Assembly (NCBI GenBank): GCA_964406775.1
Contig: CAYOSW010000001.1
Span: 10,474 to 74,473, forward strand
Direction of reading: 5' to 3'
Source: an uncultured Gammaproteobacteria bacterium
GTDB taxonomy: Bacteria > Patescibacteriota > Microgenomatia > Daviesbacterales > UBA10151
Length of the DNA: 64,000 nucleotides
The number at the start of each line of letters is the position of its first letter. The stretch's first letter is position 1. The notes below the pieces were generated by a model. That model did no database searches. It had not been told where the DNA came from and worked only from the letters and a program-made list of their open reading frames with translations. Shown piece by piece: positions 46,771 to 56,023 of this stretch. The translations under genes were made by a program, and so were the position numbers.

Positions 46771-47496
46771 ATATGCTTTTTCTACAGGCACCAAGGCATT
46801 ATTTTGCAAAAAACCTATGTGTTTTGTCATCCAGCGCATCATTAAATGACCGAACACCGGTTTAATGAATGTTTGTGCCGTTTTAAAATCCGAAAGATGT
46901 GTATAATTCGTTCCTTCTATGAGAGCTAAGTTAGCGGCTGCGTCTTCAAGCATTTCAGATAGTCTAAGATTTTTGCGCGGTTTCGTGAGAGTCCTGGCTG
47001 CTCGTAGCCCTAAAAGATCCGCTCGGTATTCGTTTTCATCCTGTGTACCAAATACAAAATCAGTCATATAATCTCCTCCTATTGAATACCAAAAGCTTGA
47101 CCATAATTCTGGTGGATATTGCTGCTGGATATTACCGGTCCTTATCCCCGGGTCAATACCGAAAGAATTAATTGCTGCTCTTAAGAGCTTAGATCTGTTG
47201 TTATACGCGGCAATTGGGGCCACGAAATGGATAAGATAACAATTATTGCTTCCTCGAGTACTTGTTGTATCTTTGTCGGGTAATATCAATCTTTGATCCC
47301 TTAGTGAGTCTTTAAGACCCTCAGGGAATGGTTTATTAGCGAACATTCCATCCCATACTGCATTTACGTATTGGTTGCGGATTATTGCGCAGGCTGTAAC
47401 TGAAGGTTCGGTAAATCCGGATCCTTCAACAGCTTTAATTTTTTCGGCTATTCCCAGTAAGTGCTGCTTTAGCATCTCACCTTCAAGCATAGACAT
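46762..47496 (-). CDS. Hypothetical protein
   Basis: 244-aa ORF; TAAAAT 6 nt upstream. Confidence 0.7.
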   Translation of the reverse strand: MSMLEGEMLKQHLLGIAEKIKAVEGSGFTEPSVTACAIIRNQYVNAVWDGMFANKPFPEGLKDSLRDQRLILPDKDTTSTRGSNNCYLIHFVAPIAAYNNRSKLLRAAINSFGIDPGIRTGNIQQQYPPELWSSFWYSIGGDYMTDFVFGTQDENEYRADLLGLRAARTLTKPRKNLRLSEMLEDAAANLALIEGTNYTHLSDFKTAQTFIKPVFGHLMMRWMTKHIGFLQNNALVPVEKAYLT

Positions 47497-47532
47497 AGAA
47501 GTATTTTACTATAAGTTAGAAAAAATTTAAAA

Positions 47533-48981
47533 TCAAGGGCATTTAATAGTAAACGGCCCAGAGAACGGTGAAAGTTGGGCCGGTGTTGGGTTTGTCACGG
47601 AAGCTACAGCATACTGGGCATAATAAATAACACTGTCATTTATAGTCGCGTTAACCTGCTGGCTATTGTTTGAGGTCGATTGAGCTGCCTGTGAAGCATT
47701 TACCAGATCATTTCCGCCGCTGGTTGATCCCAACTGGAGAACGTAATATTGTGCCCCGGTAACATTAGTAAAATTTACTGTCATATTCCAGGTGTTATTG
47801 CTGTTATGGGTACTGCAGGTCGGGAAAACCGGACCCGCAGGTGCGCCGAGAGAAAAACCGGTATTCAGAGTAAAAAGCTGATTTTGAGCGGGTGCGGCTA
47901 CAGTGTATGTCTGTGAGTCTGCGTAGTCCGTATTCTGGTTATTTTGCTGTCCTTTTAAGACTGCCAGCATATTGTAAGTAGTACCTGCTGATGCACCATT
48001 CCAGGTCCAGGTTGAGCCGTTTGCTGGGGTTATTCCATTTACAACGACCTGGTAGTTATTTGTTGTTCCCTGAGGCGCTGCAAGTATAACGATGGATGAT
48101 CCGTTAGGGGCCGAGCCGTTAAAATTAATGGTACCGGAAATAGCAGATGACCCGATGGGGAGTATAGAAGAGGAAGGTGCACTTGAAGCGGGTGAGCCGG
48201 TATTATTCGCAGAAAAGCTCTGCTTATTCTGCAGAACGGTTATTGCTCCGACAGGAGGCGTTGCTGAAGAGTTGATTGTCAGTTCCGCATTGTCGGAAGG
48301 AGCGGAAATCGCAATGTTATTTGAGGTTCCGATCAAACTTCCTTTGCCGTCGTAAAGTTTTCCGATTACTTCGTATTTTTCTCCCGAGACGGCATTTGCA
48401 TAAGTCATAGTCCTTTTAACTGTCGCACTTAGATCTTTAACCACAACGGAATAATCTTCCGAACTTCCGTAAACCCTGCCCAAAATATCAAACGTTGCTC
48501 CCTGGGGGATATATCCGTTGATATAAACAACACCGGAGATAGAAGCGGGCTGAGGCTGAGGCGCCGGAGGTGTTTCGATATTTAAAGTCAGTATTTCCTC
48601 TCCTGCGGGTGCGGTTACAACCAAAGGATCGGACGTGGTTGATCTGGAACCGTTTAAGTCAAGATAAGCCTGAAGTTCGTAAGAATTGCCAGATACAGAG
48701 CCTGTGTATTCCCAGGCTGTTTCATCAGCTGCCGGTAATCCTGAAACGAAAATTTTATAGGCGCCTGTAGAGCCGTGGTCCTTAACACCGATACTGATTG
48801 ATGAGCCTTGTGGAATTGGACCGTTAATTTTGATGACTCCAGAAATTGAGGCCTGCTTTTGGGAAGAATTAAAGAATGGCACATTCGGTTTGATGAATTT
48901 AGATGTAATTAAACCAACATCAAAAAAAACGAGGGCAAAGATTAGAACAACAATACCTACGGCGATGCCTTTGAGCAGCAT
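47533..48981 (-). CDS. Membrane-anchored surface protein with three repeated beta-sandwich-like domains
   Basis: N-terminal TM; three ISG-x-I/V-x-x-NG-x-x-P-x-G repeats; Cys-flanked C-terminal domain. Confidence 0.8.
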   Translation of the reverse strand: MLLKGIAVGIVVLIFALVFFDVGLITSKFIKPNVPFFNSSQKQASISGVIKINGPIPQGSSISIGVKDHGSTGAYKIFVSGLPAADETAWEYTGSVSGNSYELQAYLDLNGSRSTTSDPLVVTAPAGEEILTLNIETPPAPQPQPASISGVVYINGYIPQGATFDILGRVYGSSEDYSVVVKDLSATVKRTMTYANAVSGEKYEVIGKLYDGKGSLIGTSNNIAISAPSDNAELTINSSATPPVGAITVLQNKQSFSANNTGSPASSAPSSSILPIGSSAISGTINFNGSAPNGSSIVILAAPQGTTNNYQVVVNGITPANGSTWTWNGASAGTTYNMLAVLKGQQNNQNTDYADSQTYTVAAPAQNQLFTLNTGFSLGAPAGPVFPTCSTHNSNNTWNMTVNFTNVTGAQYYVLQLGSTSGGNDLVNASQAAQSTSNNSQQVNATINDSVIYYAQYAVASVTNPTPAQLSPFSGPFTIKCP

Positions 48982-49023
48982 AAAATAATTGTCGTGTATC
49001 CGGGAAAATTGCGCAAGTATCCG

Positions 49024-49929
49024 TTAAGGACAGTGAATCGTTTGTGTTGAAGAGAAAGAGGAATATTGATAGGCTGTCGGATTCGAGACGCTGGAAACGG
49101 CGTATTGGGCATAATAATTGACGCTGTCAGTTAATGTTGTATCCTGAGTTTGACCGCTTTTGGAAATGTCTGCAATATCCGTGTCTCCGCTGGTTGAGCC
49201 GATCTGAAGCCAGTAATATTTCGCGCCCTCAACGGCAGGATAGTTTACGGTTGCCGACCAGGTGTTGTTGCTGTAATGGTTGTTGCAGGTAACGGTTATA
49301 GTGCCGGTTGGTGTGGCCAAAGCGTAACCTACATCAACCTGGAAAACCTGACCGCTTGAAGGCGCTTTAAGCGTATAAGTCGGGGATTTTGCATAATCTA
49401 TATCTGTTCCTCCCGATTTTCCTTTAAGAACCGCAATTAGATCGTAAGTTGTACCGTTTGCTGCGGAAGTCCAGCTCCAATTCTCGCTGTCCTGCGCTTT
49501 AATGCTGTCAACGACAGTCTGAAAATTATTACTCGTATTGTTTTGGCGTGATGTAATAACTATCGAACTGCCCGAAGGCGGGGTTCCGGAGATATCAATA
49601 AGCCCGGAAATATTTGTAACGCCTGCCTGGGATGAACTTTGGTTTGCAACATTATTTTGCAAAACCGTGAAGGAGCCGATTATAGCTTTCGGAGTGGGGG
49701 ATGCTTTCGGTTTACCCGAAGCTTTTACTGATACTGACGGAACGGGAGTTGGTGACGTTACGGCAGTCGGATTTGAAATTTTATTTTCAGGCAATTGGGT
49801 ATTTTGAACAGCCGGCAGATTTAAGGGTGGTTTAAAATTTTGGGGCTGGTAGAGGAAAAGTCTGTAAACTAAAAAAATTGCAGCAAGGGTAATTAAAATG
49901 GCCGAAATTATGGCAGATGTAAACCACAT
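49024..49929 (-). CDS. Membrane-anchored paralog of the downstream surface protein
   Basis: TM, Pro/Thr/Ser linker, ISGLIDISG..GSSIVI domain and a C-terminal domain similar to that of 47533-48981. Confidence 0.8.
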   Translation of the reverse strand: MWFTSAIISAILITLAAIFLVYRLFLYQPQNFKPPLNLPAVQNTQLPENKISNPTAVTSPTPVPSVSVKASGKPKASPTPKAIIGSFTVLQNNVANQSSSQAGVTNISGLIDISGTPPSGSSIVITSRQNNTSNNFQTVVDSIKAQDSENWSWTSAANGTTYDLIAVLKGKSGGTDIDYAKSPTYTLKAPSSGQVFQVDVGYALATPTGTITVTCNNHYSNNTWSATVNYPAVEGAKYYWLQIGSTSGDTDIADISKSGQTQDTTLTDSVNYYAQYAVSSVSNPTAYQYSSFSSTQTIHCP

Positions 49930-49989
49930 TACTAATTATTAATCTGTAGGAGTTATTTATTCAACTGAATCGGATAAAAATTTAAGGAG

Positions 49990-50022
49990 AAAAAAGTCAC
50001 ACCCGGGACAAGCCCGGGTGTG
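49990..50022 (-). terminator. Intrinsic terminator after the RRM gene
   Basis: CACACCCGGG-N5-CCCGGGTGTG stem followed by a T-run on the minus strand. Confidence 0.75.
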
Positions 50023-50034
50023 CGCTTCTTTTAA

Positions 50035-50289
50035 TTAACGGTCTTCCCTTGGTCTAGCAATATTAACAACGATCTTTCTACCTTCCATATCAGAACCATT
50101 AAGCTTTTCAATAGCTTCTTTGGCTTCTTCCTCATTTTCCATTTCTACGAATCCGAATCCTCTTGAGCGACCTGTCATTCTATCTTTGAGAACAACTGCG
50201 CTAACAACAGAACCGAACTGGGAAAATAAATCTCCTAATTTTTGATCGTCAACTGCCCAGGGAAGGGAACCGACAAATAATTTGGTAAT
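50035..50289 (-). CDS. RRM (RNP-1) RNA-binding protein, probable ATT start
   Basis: KLFVGSL (RNP2) and RGFGFVEM (RNP1). SD-like GGCGGTGA 5 nt before ATT; no in-frame ATG upstream of the RRM domain. Confidence 0.9.
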   Translation of the reverse strand: MTKLFVGSLPWAVDDQKLGDLFSQFGSVVSAVVLKDRMTGRSRGFGFVEMENEEEAKEAIEKLNGSDMEGRKIVVNIARPREDR

Positions 50290-50433
50290 AGTAATCACCG
50301 CCAATCTAGGTAAGCTTATGCCTTCTAGACTGACTGTCTAAACAAAGCGCACAAATTTAACACTAGTAAGAATTTTAACGTGCCCATAGTAAAAATGCAA
50401 TATTTGGGTAATTCACTTTTGTTTATCAAAAGC

Positions 50434-50611
50434 AAGGTTCTGCGAGCGAGCGATAGAATTTTTGATATCGCGAGGCGAAGCAGGTCCTTATTCTTTCAAA
50501 CGAAAAACCACGGATGTAAATCCGTGGATGAAGTTTGTTTCGCCAGAAGGCGAATCTCGCCGAAGGCGAGCAAGAAGAGAAACTACGGGCGAAGCGTAGC
50601 GGAGTCCGTAG
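50434..50611. repeat. Dense palindromic/hairpin element (REP/MITE-like or structured RNA)
   Basis: CCACGGAT-GTAA-ATCCGTGG, TTCGCC-AGAA-GGCGAA, CTCGCC-GAA-GGCGAG, CTACGGGC..GTCCGTAG, GCGATA..TATCGC. Confidence 0.65.
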
Positions 50612-50615
50612 AGGC

Positions 50616-51146
50616 TCATTTTGCTTCGGAGATTTGGAGGACTAAACCGAGAACCATTTCGTTAACGTCGCCTTTTTGATCATCAGGAAATTGAGTCGCC
50701 AGATATGTTAATGCCTCCTGCTGTTTCTCTAAAGATTTACCTAATTTTAGAGTCAGTTCGTTAGCATCCGCTTTTTCTTCCCGTGCTTTTTTCTGGAGTT
50801 TAACTGCTTCTTCCCGGTTTGATTTATTTAATTTTAAAGACTTTAAAGCGTTGGAGTAGTCTTTATCTTCTACCAGTTTGGTCGCTTCAACCAATCTTTT
50901 TTCTGATAGCTCAATTTCGTATCCCGCTTTATTTAAGTTACCGAACGTAAACATTCCGCTTAAACCCTCTTTTAGCTGTTTGGCCCAAAACATACCATCC
51001 GCGACAGTAGTTCCGGGTACGATAGGCCAGAAAAGAGCATAAACATCGACCTTATCATTTTCATTTTGTGCGAGGATCGCAGAGGGTGTAAAAAGGATGT
51101 TCAGTACAAAAAGGAAAACTAATAAGCAGGATACTATTTTTTTCAC
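50616..51146 (-). CDS. DUF5667-like secreted helical protein
   Basis: Signal peptide; PG...FWAKQLKE..KRLVEA pattern. Confidence 0.7.
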   Translation of the reverse strand: MKKIVSCLLVFLFVLNILFTPSAILAQNENDKVDVYALFWPIVPGTTVADGMFWAKQLKEGLSGMFTFGNLNKAGYEIELSEKRLVEATKLVEDKDYSNALKSLKLNKSNREEAVKLQKKAREEKADANELTLKLGKSLEKQQEALTYLATQFPDDQKGDVNEMVLGLVLQISEAK

Positions 51147-51188
51147 TTAAGTTTATATAACAATCTTAAGAACCGTCTGTCAAGCTAA

Positions 51189-51452
51189 CTATTGGGGCTG
51201 ACAAACTGCCAGTCTGTTTCTGGGGAAAGTCAGGAGTATGCCCTCTCCCGGCGCGTCATTCCGGGTGGGGACTAGAGGTATTCTATCGGTTAAGTATCTG
51301 AGACTGCTGCATCTGCGCGGTTCATCCGGCTCGGGAATACGCAAATCGGCATCGCCGAAAACAAACGGTGCCTCGAGTCTTCTTTTGTCTTCTATTTCGG
51401 CGCGGGTCTGTCTTACCCACAACGGCTCACTAAGATCAAGTAATATACCCAT
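51189..51452 (-). CDS. Hypothetical protein
   Basis: 87-aa ORF filling the gap; -10-like box upstream. Confidence 0.45.
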   Translation of the reverse strand: MGILLDLSEPLWVRQTRAEIEDKRRLEAPFVFGDADLRIPEPDEPRRCSSLRYLTDRIPLVPTRNDAPGEGILLTFPRNRLAVCQPQ

Positions 51453-51536
51453 AGTTATTATTTGAAATTCAAACTATCGGATATTACTAAGAATTAAAGT
51501 AGCCGGCTGGACAAAATCCGTACAATTTTAAAAAAA

Positions 51537-53318
51537 TTAGCGGGTGCCGTTTAGGTTTATTTTGCGGATGCGTATATTTTTCGGAGTAACTTCTACTAAT
51601 TCCGTATCGTCAATATATTCCAGCGAATCCTCAAGATCCATTAATTTCGGAGCGTTAAAATGCTCGGAAACCCCCTCACCTGAGGAGCGGTGGTTAGTCT
51701 GCTGTTTTTCTTTACAAACATTCACGCTCATATCGCCGGTGCGGGCATTTGAACCGACTACTTGCCCTTTATAAACAGGAACATTCGGTCCGATAAACAA
51801 AGTTCCGCGCGATTGAATTCCCGTTAAACCGTGAAGCTTAGTTGATCCTGTTTCGTGAACGACCAAAGATCCGTAATCCCTGGTAAATCCGGCTCCCGAG
51901 TCAGGTTTAAAATCCTCAAAAATCGTGTTCATAAGTCCCAGACCCTTGGTATCGGTAATAAATTGGCTTCTGAATCCGAAAAGTTCGCGGGTCGGAATTA
52001 CGTACTCAATATCAACAATTCCGCCCTCGTTTTTCATATTGATTAACGTAGCGTGTCTTTGACCTAATTTTTGGATGATTGTTCCTGAAAATTCTTCAGG
52101 GGTTTCGATAAATAATCTTTCGTACGGAGCAACTGTAACGCCATCTACTACTTTAGTGATAACCTGAGGGCGTGATACCTGGAACTCGTATCCTTCCCGG
52201 CGCATTCTTTCGATTAAGATCGCAAGATGGAGTTCTCCGCGCCCCGAAACGATCCAATCCGTATTCGGTCCATTCTCGATTCTCAACGCAACGTCGGTTT
52301 CAAGTTCTTTATAAAGGCGTTCCTGGATTTGTCTGGTTGTTTTAAACTCTCCTTCTCGTCCAGCGAAGGGGGAAGTATTAACCGAAAAAACCATTCTTAT
52401 TGTGGGTTCTTCTATATCAAGAAGAGGTAAAGCGGAGGGAGTATTCGGATCGGCAATTGTTTCACCGATAGTAACATCAGGAATTCCTGCAACAGCAACA
52501 ATATCTCCGGCTTGGGCATCTTTTGCCTCAACTCTTTGTAATCCTTCAAAGCTCAAAAGAGAAGTAACCCGGTATTTTTTTTGTTCACCGCTTCGGTTGA
52601 TATGAGTAATATCCTGTCCCTGGGAAATTCTTCCATTATAAACCCGGCCTGTAGCAATACGGCCTTTAAAGTTATCCGCCGAAATTGAGGTTACTAAAAT
52701 CTGTAATGGTTTTTCCGGATCTCCGTAAGGCTCGGGAATTTCCTTCATAATTTCTTCAAAAACCGGAGTAATGTCGGTCATTTTATTAATATCCGGTTCT
52801 TTTCCGGCTTTTCCAAGCTTGCCCGAAGAATAAATAACGGGAAAGTAAGCTGTCTCCTCATCCGCTCCTAAATCGATAAACAGATCAAATGTTTTATTTA
52901 AAACATATTCAATTCTTGCATCGGCTTTGTCTATTTTATTTACAACCACAATGACTTTGAGACCCATCTGCAAAGCCTGCTTTAAAACAAACCGGGTTTG
53001 GGGCATCGGACCTTCTTTTGCATCAATCAGTAAAAGACAGCCGTCAGCCATCTTTAAAACACGTTCAACTTCTCCGCCAAAATCCGCGTGGCCCGGGGTG
53101 TCGATAATGTTAATTTTTGTCCCGTTGTAGTTTACTGAAGCATTTTTGGAAAAAATTGTGATTCCGCGTTCTTTTTCTAACTCGTTAGAATCCATAATCA
53201 GATCCGTTCCGACGAGCTCTTTATCCATTTTTGTCTGGGTCTGGGTAAGCAAAGCGTCAACAAGAGTAGTCTTGCCGTGGTCAACGTGAGCAATAATAGC
53301 GATATTTCTAATGTTCAT
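51537..53318 (-). CDS. typA: Translational GTPase TypA/BipA
   Basis: AHVDHGKTT, ERGITI, DTPGHADFGGEVER, NKID, GRGELHL, EVTPKNIRIRK. Confidence 0.97.
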   Translation of the reverse strand: MNIRNIAIIAHVDHGKTTLVDALLTQTQTKMDKELVGTDLIMDSNELEKERGITIFSKNASVNYNGTKINIIDTPGHADFGGEVERVLKMADGCLLLIDAKEGPMPQTRFVLKQALQMGLKVIVVVNKIDKADARIEYVLNKTFDLFIDLGADEETAYFPVIYSSGKLGKAGKEPDINKMTDITPVFEEIMKEIPEPYGDPEKPLQILVTSISADNFKGRIATGRVYNGRISQGQDITHINRSGEQKKYRVTSLLSFEGLQRVEAKDAQAGDIVAVAGIPDVTIGETIADPNTPSALPLLDIEEPTIRMVFSVNTSPFAGREGEFKTTRQIQERLYKELETDVALRIENGPNTDWIVSGRGELHLAILIERMRREGYEFQVSRPQVITKVVDGVTVAPYERLFIETPEEFSGTIIQKLGQRHATLINMKNEGGIVDIEYVIPTRELFGFRSQFITDTKGLGLMNTIFEDFKPDSGAGFTRDYGSLVVHETGSTKLHGLTGIQSRGTLFIGPNVPVYKGQVVGSNARTGDMSVNVCKEKQQTNHRSSGEGVSEHFNAPKLMDLEDSLEYIDDTELVEVTPKNIRIRKINLNGTR

Positions 53319-53484
53319 ATTATTTTGTAATATCGCAGAGATTTGCTGTGCAAATCTGGAGCAATATTCCTAATGTTCATTTTTTAGCCGAACGGTTATT
53401 ATACCTTATTCAGAAAGCGAATGATAGAGCTATAGGATAAAAACGTAACTTTACACATAAAAACCTATAGTATATAATATAAAT

Positions 53485-53868
53485 ATGATTGAGATTTATC
53501 AATCCATTGGAAGATTTAATTTGAGCTTTTGGACATCTCCCTTTTCTGGAGAAGCGAGGGCTCGTGAAGCCGCAATAAAACTTGCTAACTATCAAATGGT
53601 GAATACAGTTCCGGCAGTTGTCGATAGCATCCGCGAACATGAATTAGAACATGCTTTAGCAGACGAGATGATGATAGTTGGTGAAGCTGAAGGGCTGTTT
53701 GTAGCTCAGTTCTTTGGAGTGAAGATTGGTCATTTTTTTCATACAGCTTTTATGCAGCAGGGATATGGACCTTTGGGATTCCGGACGAGGGATCAGTTAA
53801 GAACTATTGCTGCAGGCCCTGCTAAATTGTCTCCCGCGGACAGATACGATCTTTGGAGGCTCAGGTAG
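53485..53868 (+). CDS. Hypothetical protein
   Basis: 127-aa ORF; TATAAT 7 nt upstream. Confidence 0.6.
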   Translation: MIEIYQSIGRFNLSFWTSPFSGEARAREAAIKLANYQMVNTVPAVVDSIREHELEHALADEMMIVGEAEGLFVAQFFGVKIGHFFHTAFMQQGYGPLGFRTRDQLRTIAAGPAKLSPADRYDLWRLR

Positions 53869-53888
53869 TTTTTGTACGTTAATAAGAA

Positions 53889-54554
53889 TTAACTTTCCTT
53901 AGATTGCCTGTAAAAATAGGTTTCTTTGCTTCTTTTTCCGGCCACGCTATTGATCTCTTTAAGAACACGGAAGGGTAAGTAGTCTCCGTTTACTCCTTCG
54001 CAGGCGATAACCTCGCCCCTTCTGGTCATAATCCATTCGGCAAGTAATGCGTAGTCCAGCTGTGAGCTTCCGAATCGGTAGCCCATTCCCGGTTCTCCGC
54101 GGTATGGAGGGTCGACAAACCAGGTAGCCTCGACATCAGGAGCCTCCGTGTAGTCGCCGGTAAGAATCCGCCAGTTTTTTACTTTATGAATATTTTCGGA
54201 CATAAACCTTTTGCTTGCTTCCCATTTACGCGCGATAACGGGGGTAATTAAGGTGCTTTTCCGGCAGTAATCCATTTTACTGACACCGTGGACTATAGTT
54301 AGAAACTCCGAGCTTCTCTCGCCAGGCGTTAATACAGGTAAGTCTCTTATCGTATCAGCAGTTGCCTCACCGATCAGCCACTCCCAAACAGCCGCCATTC
54401 TTTCATCCTTTTCAACCAGTAAAACGTCTCTCTGCCAATTATCGCCATAAAGAGCATAAGACGCCGCACCGGCAAATGGTTCAATAATTCTGTCCAGAGT
54501 AGGCTGAGGATAATAACGGGCAAGTCTTTTCTTACGCCCGTAGTAATAAATCAT
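53889..54554 (-). CDS. Orphan DNA adenine methyltransferase (D12/Dam-like)
   Basis: YYGRK, EPFAGAASY (motif I), FVDPPY (motif IV). Confidence 0.85.
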   Translation of the reverse strand: MIYYYGRKKRLARYYPQPTLDRIIEPFAGAASYALYGDNWQRDVLLVEKDERMAAVWEWLIGEATADTIRDLPVLTPGERSSEFLTIVHGVSKMDYCRKSTLITPVIARKWEASKRFMSENIHKVKNWRILTGDYTEAPDVEATWFVDPPYRGEPGMGYRFGSSQLDYALLAEWIMTRRGEVIACEGVNGDYLPFRVLKEINSVAGKRSKETYFYRQSKES

Positions 54555-54681
54555 AGCTACTAATTATATCAATTAAACTATAGGATTCAAAATTAACTTG
54601 TTTGGGATAATTTTAGATCTGAGGAGACTTAAATTTATCTAAAACTTGTATTAGCCGTATTTTTTTGGAATACTTAGATCA

Positions 54682-55278
54682 ATGCCCCGGAAAAAGAAAG
54701 AAAGCCAACCGCAAGTTAAAAAATTCTCCTCTAAAAAGCTCTGGGTAGTTTTGGCCGTCATTCTATTAATATTTCTCGTAATTCTTGTTAAGACAGGCCA
54801 TAAAAGAAGTTCTTACAAGATGTCCGGATCTCAAAAGGCTGTAAGTTTTGATATAGGGAACAAGACAATAACTTTAAATAACGAACAAATTTCCTTTTAT
54901 AACGGTCTTCATAAAAGCATTAACAATTCATACGGACAGCATATGGCTGAGATATCCGGTAAAAATATAAGCCCCGACGGCACCAGATTTGCGGCGATTT
55001 TAACTGATTCTCCGGGAGGGTCGGGGACTTTTTATTATCTGATCGGCGGAATGTTAAAAGACGGAAAGGAAATCTACTCAAAGCCTATCCTGCTCGGAGA
55101 CAGAATTAATATTGAATCCGTGGAGGTCTCTGATCCGGGCCGTGAGGATAGCGGCTTGATTGAAGTTAAATATTTAGACAGACCTGCGGGTGCGCCGATG
55201 GCGGCTGAACCGACGGTTGAATCTTTATCAAAATTCGGTTTTGACGGGAACGGAAATCTGACTAATATTTTATACTAG
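54682..55278 (+). CDS. Membrane-anchored hypothetical protein
   Basis: N-terminal TM; PGGSGTFYYL..LLGDRI motif. Confidence 0.75.
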   Translation: MPRKKKESQPQVKKFSSKKLWVVLAVILLIFLVILVKTGHKRSSYKMSGSQKAVSFDIGNKTITLNNEQISFYNGLHKSINNSYGQHMAEISGKNISPDGTRFAAILTDSPGGSGTFYYLIGGMLKDGKEIYSKPILLGDRINIESVEVSDPGREDSGLIEVKYLDRPAGAPMAAEPTVESLSKFGFDGNGNLTNILY

Positions 55279-55290
55279 CTCCCATCAATT

Positions 55291-56022
55291 ATGCAGGAAC
55301 CGACACACGAAGCAGAAGTTCTTCCCAGAATGGTTGAGATTGCCCAGACAAAAAGGGCGGTACAGGAGTTAATTTCAACTGAACGCTTTCAAAGAGCGGT
55401 TACAGCTCACAGATTGGTTGATATGAGCAGTCACTCAGTCGATCTTTATAGGCATTTTCCCGATTATGCTCCGCCTGAGGGAGTTCTACAGCAGCTTGAA
55501 CGGGCAACAGGCGGGAGGATTTACACTTTTACGGAGGACCAGCGGAATGAGTTTATGAGAGAAATGTTTGGCGTCGGGGATTCGATCCGTTCGGCCTGGA
55601 TGTTTGCCGCAGCTCTCGATTCAGCAGGAAATTATCATACAACAGTAGGTCACCCAATCCGCAGTTTCACTCATCCCGGCGAGGCTCCGGGAAAAGAATT
55701 AAGCTTTCACTCTATGCGCGGGATGTTTATAAAGCTTGGCGGTAAATTTGATGGTGTTGAGGTTATGCAGCTTGACGCGGGCGATAGCCGTCAGCTCTTT
55801 GATCTAACCCCGAGGCAGGAGCTTTACGATAAGATGGTCGGGAGTATGGCCGGGGAGGAGGCTAATCCTTATTCGGGTGCGGGGTGGCTCGATCATTTAG
55901 GTGCAAGAAGAAGCCCGTTGCTTATAATCTGTAATGAAAAATTTAAGATTGAGGACGCGGTTGATATAAACAGGCATTTAAAAAGAATAAACCGCCAGCC
56001 CTTACCGCCCCCTCAAAAATAA
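55291..56022 (+). CDS. Hypothetical protein
   Basis: 243-aa ORF. Confidence 0.7.
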   Translation: MQEPTHEAEVLPRMVEIAQTKRAVQELISTERFQRAVTAHRLVDMSSHSVDLYRHFPDYAPPEGVLQQLERATGGRIYTFTEDQRNEFMREMFGVGDSIRSAWMFAAALDSAGNYHTTVGHPIRSFTHPGEAPGKELSFHSMRGMFIKLGGKFDGVEVMQLDAGDSRQLFDLTPRQELYDKMVGSMAGEEANPYSGAGWLDHLGARRSPLLIICNEKFKIEDAVDINRHLKRINRQPLPPPQK

Positions 56023-56023
56023 T

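Noticed and set aside
50380-50679. 99-aa plus-strand ORF
   Set aside because: Runs through the palindromic element and antisense into the next gene; the Arg/Ser-rich translation is typical of non-coding hairpin DNA.
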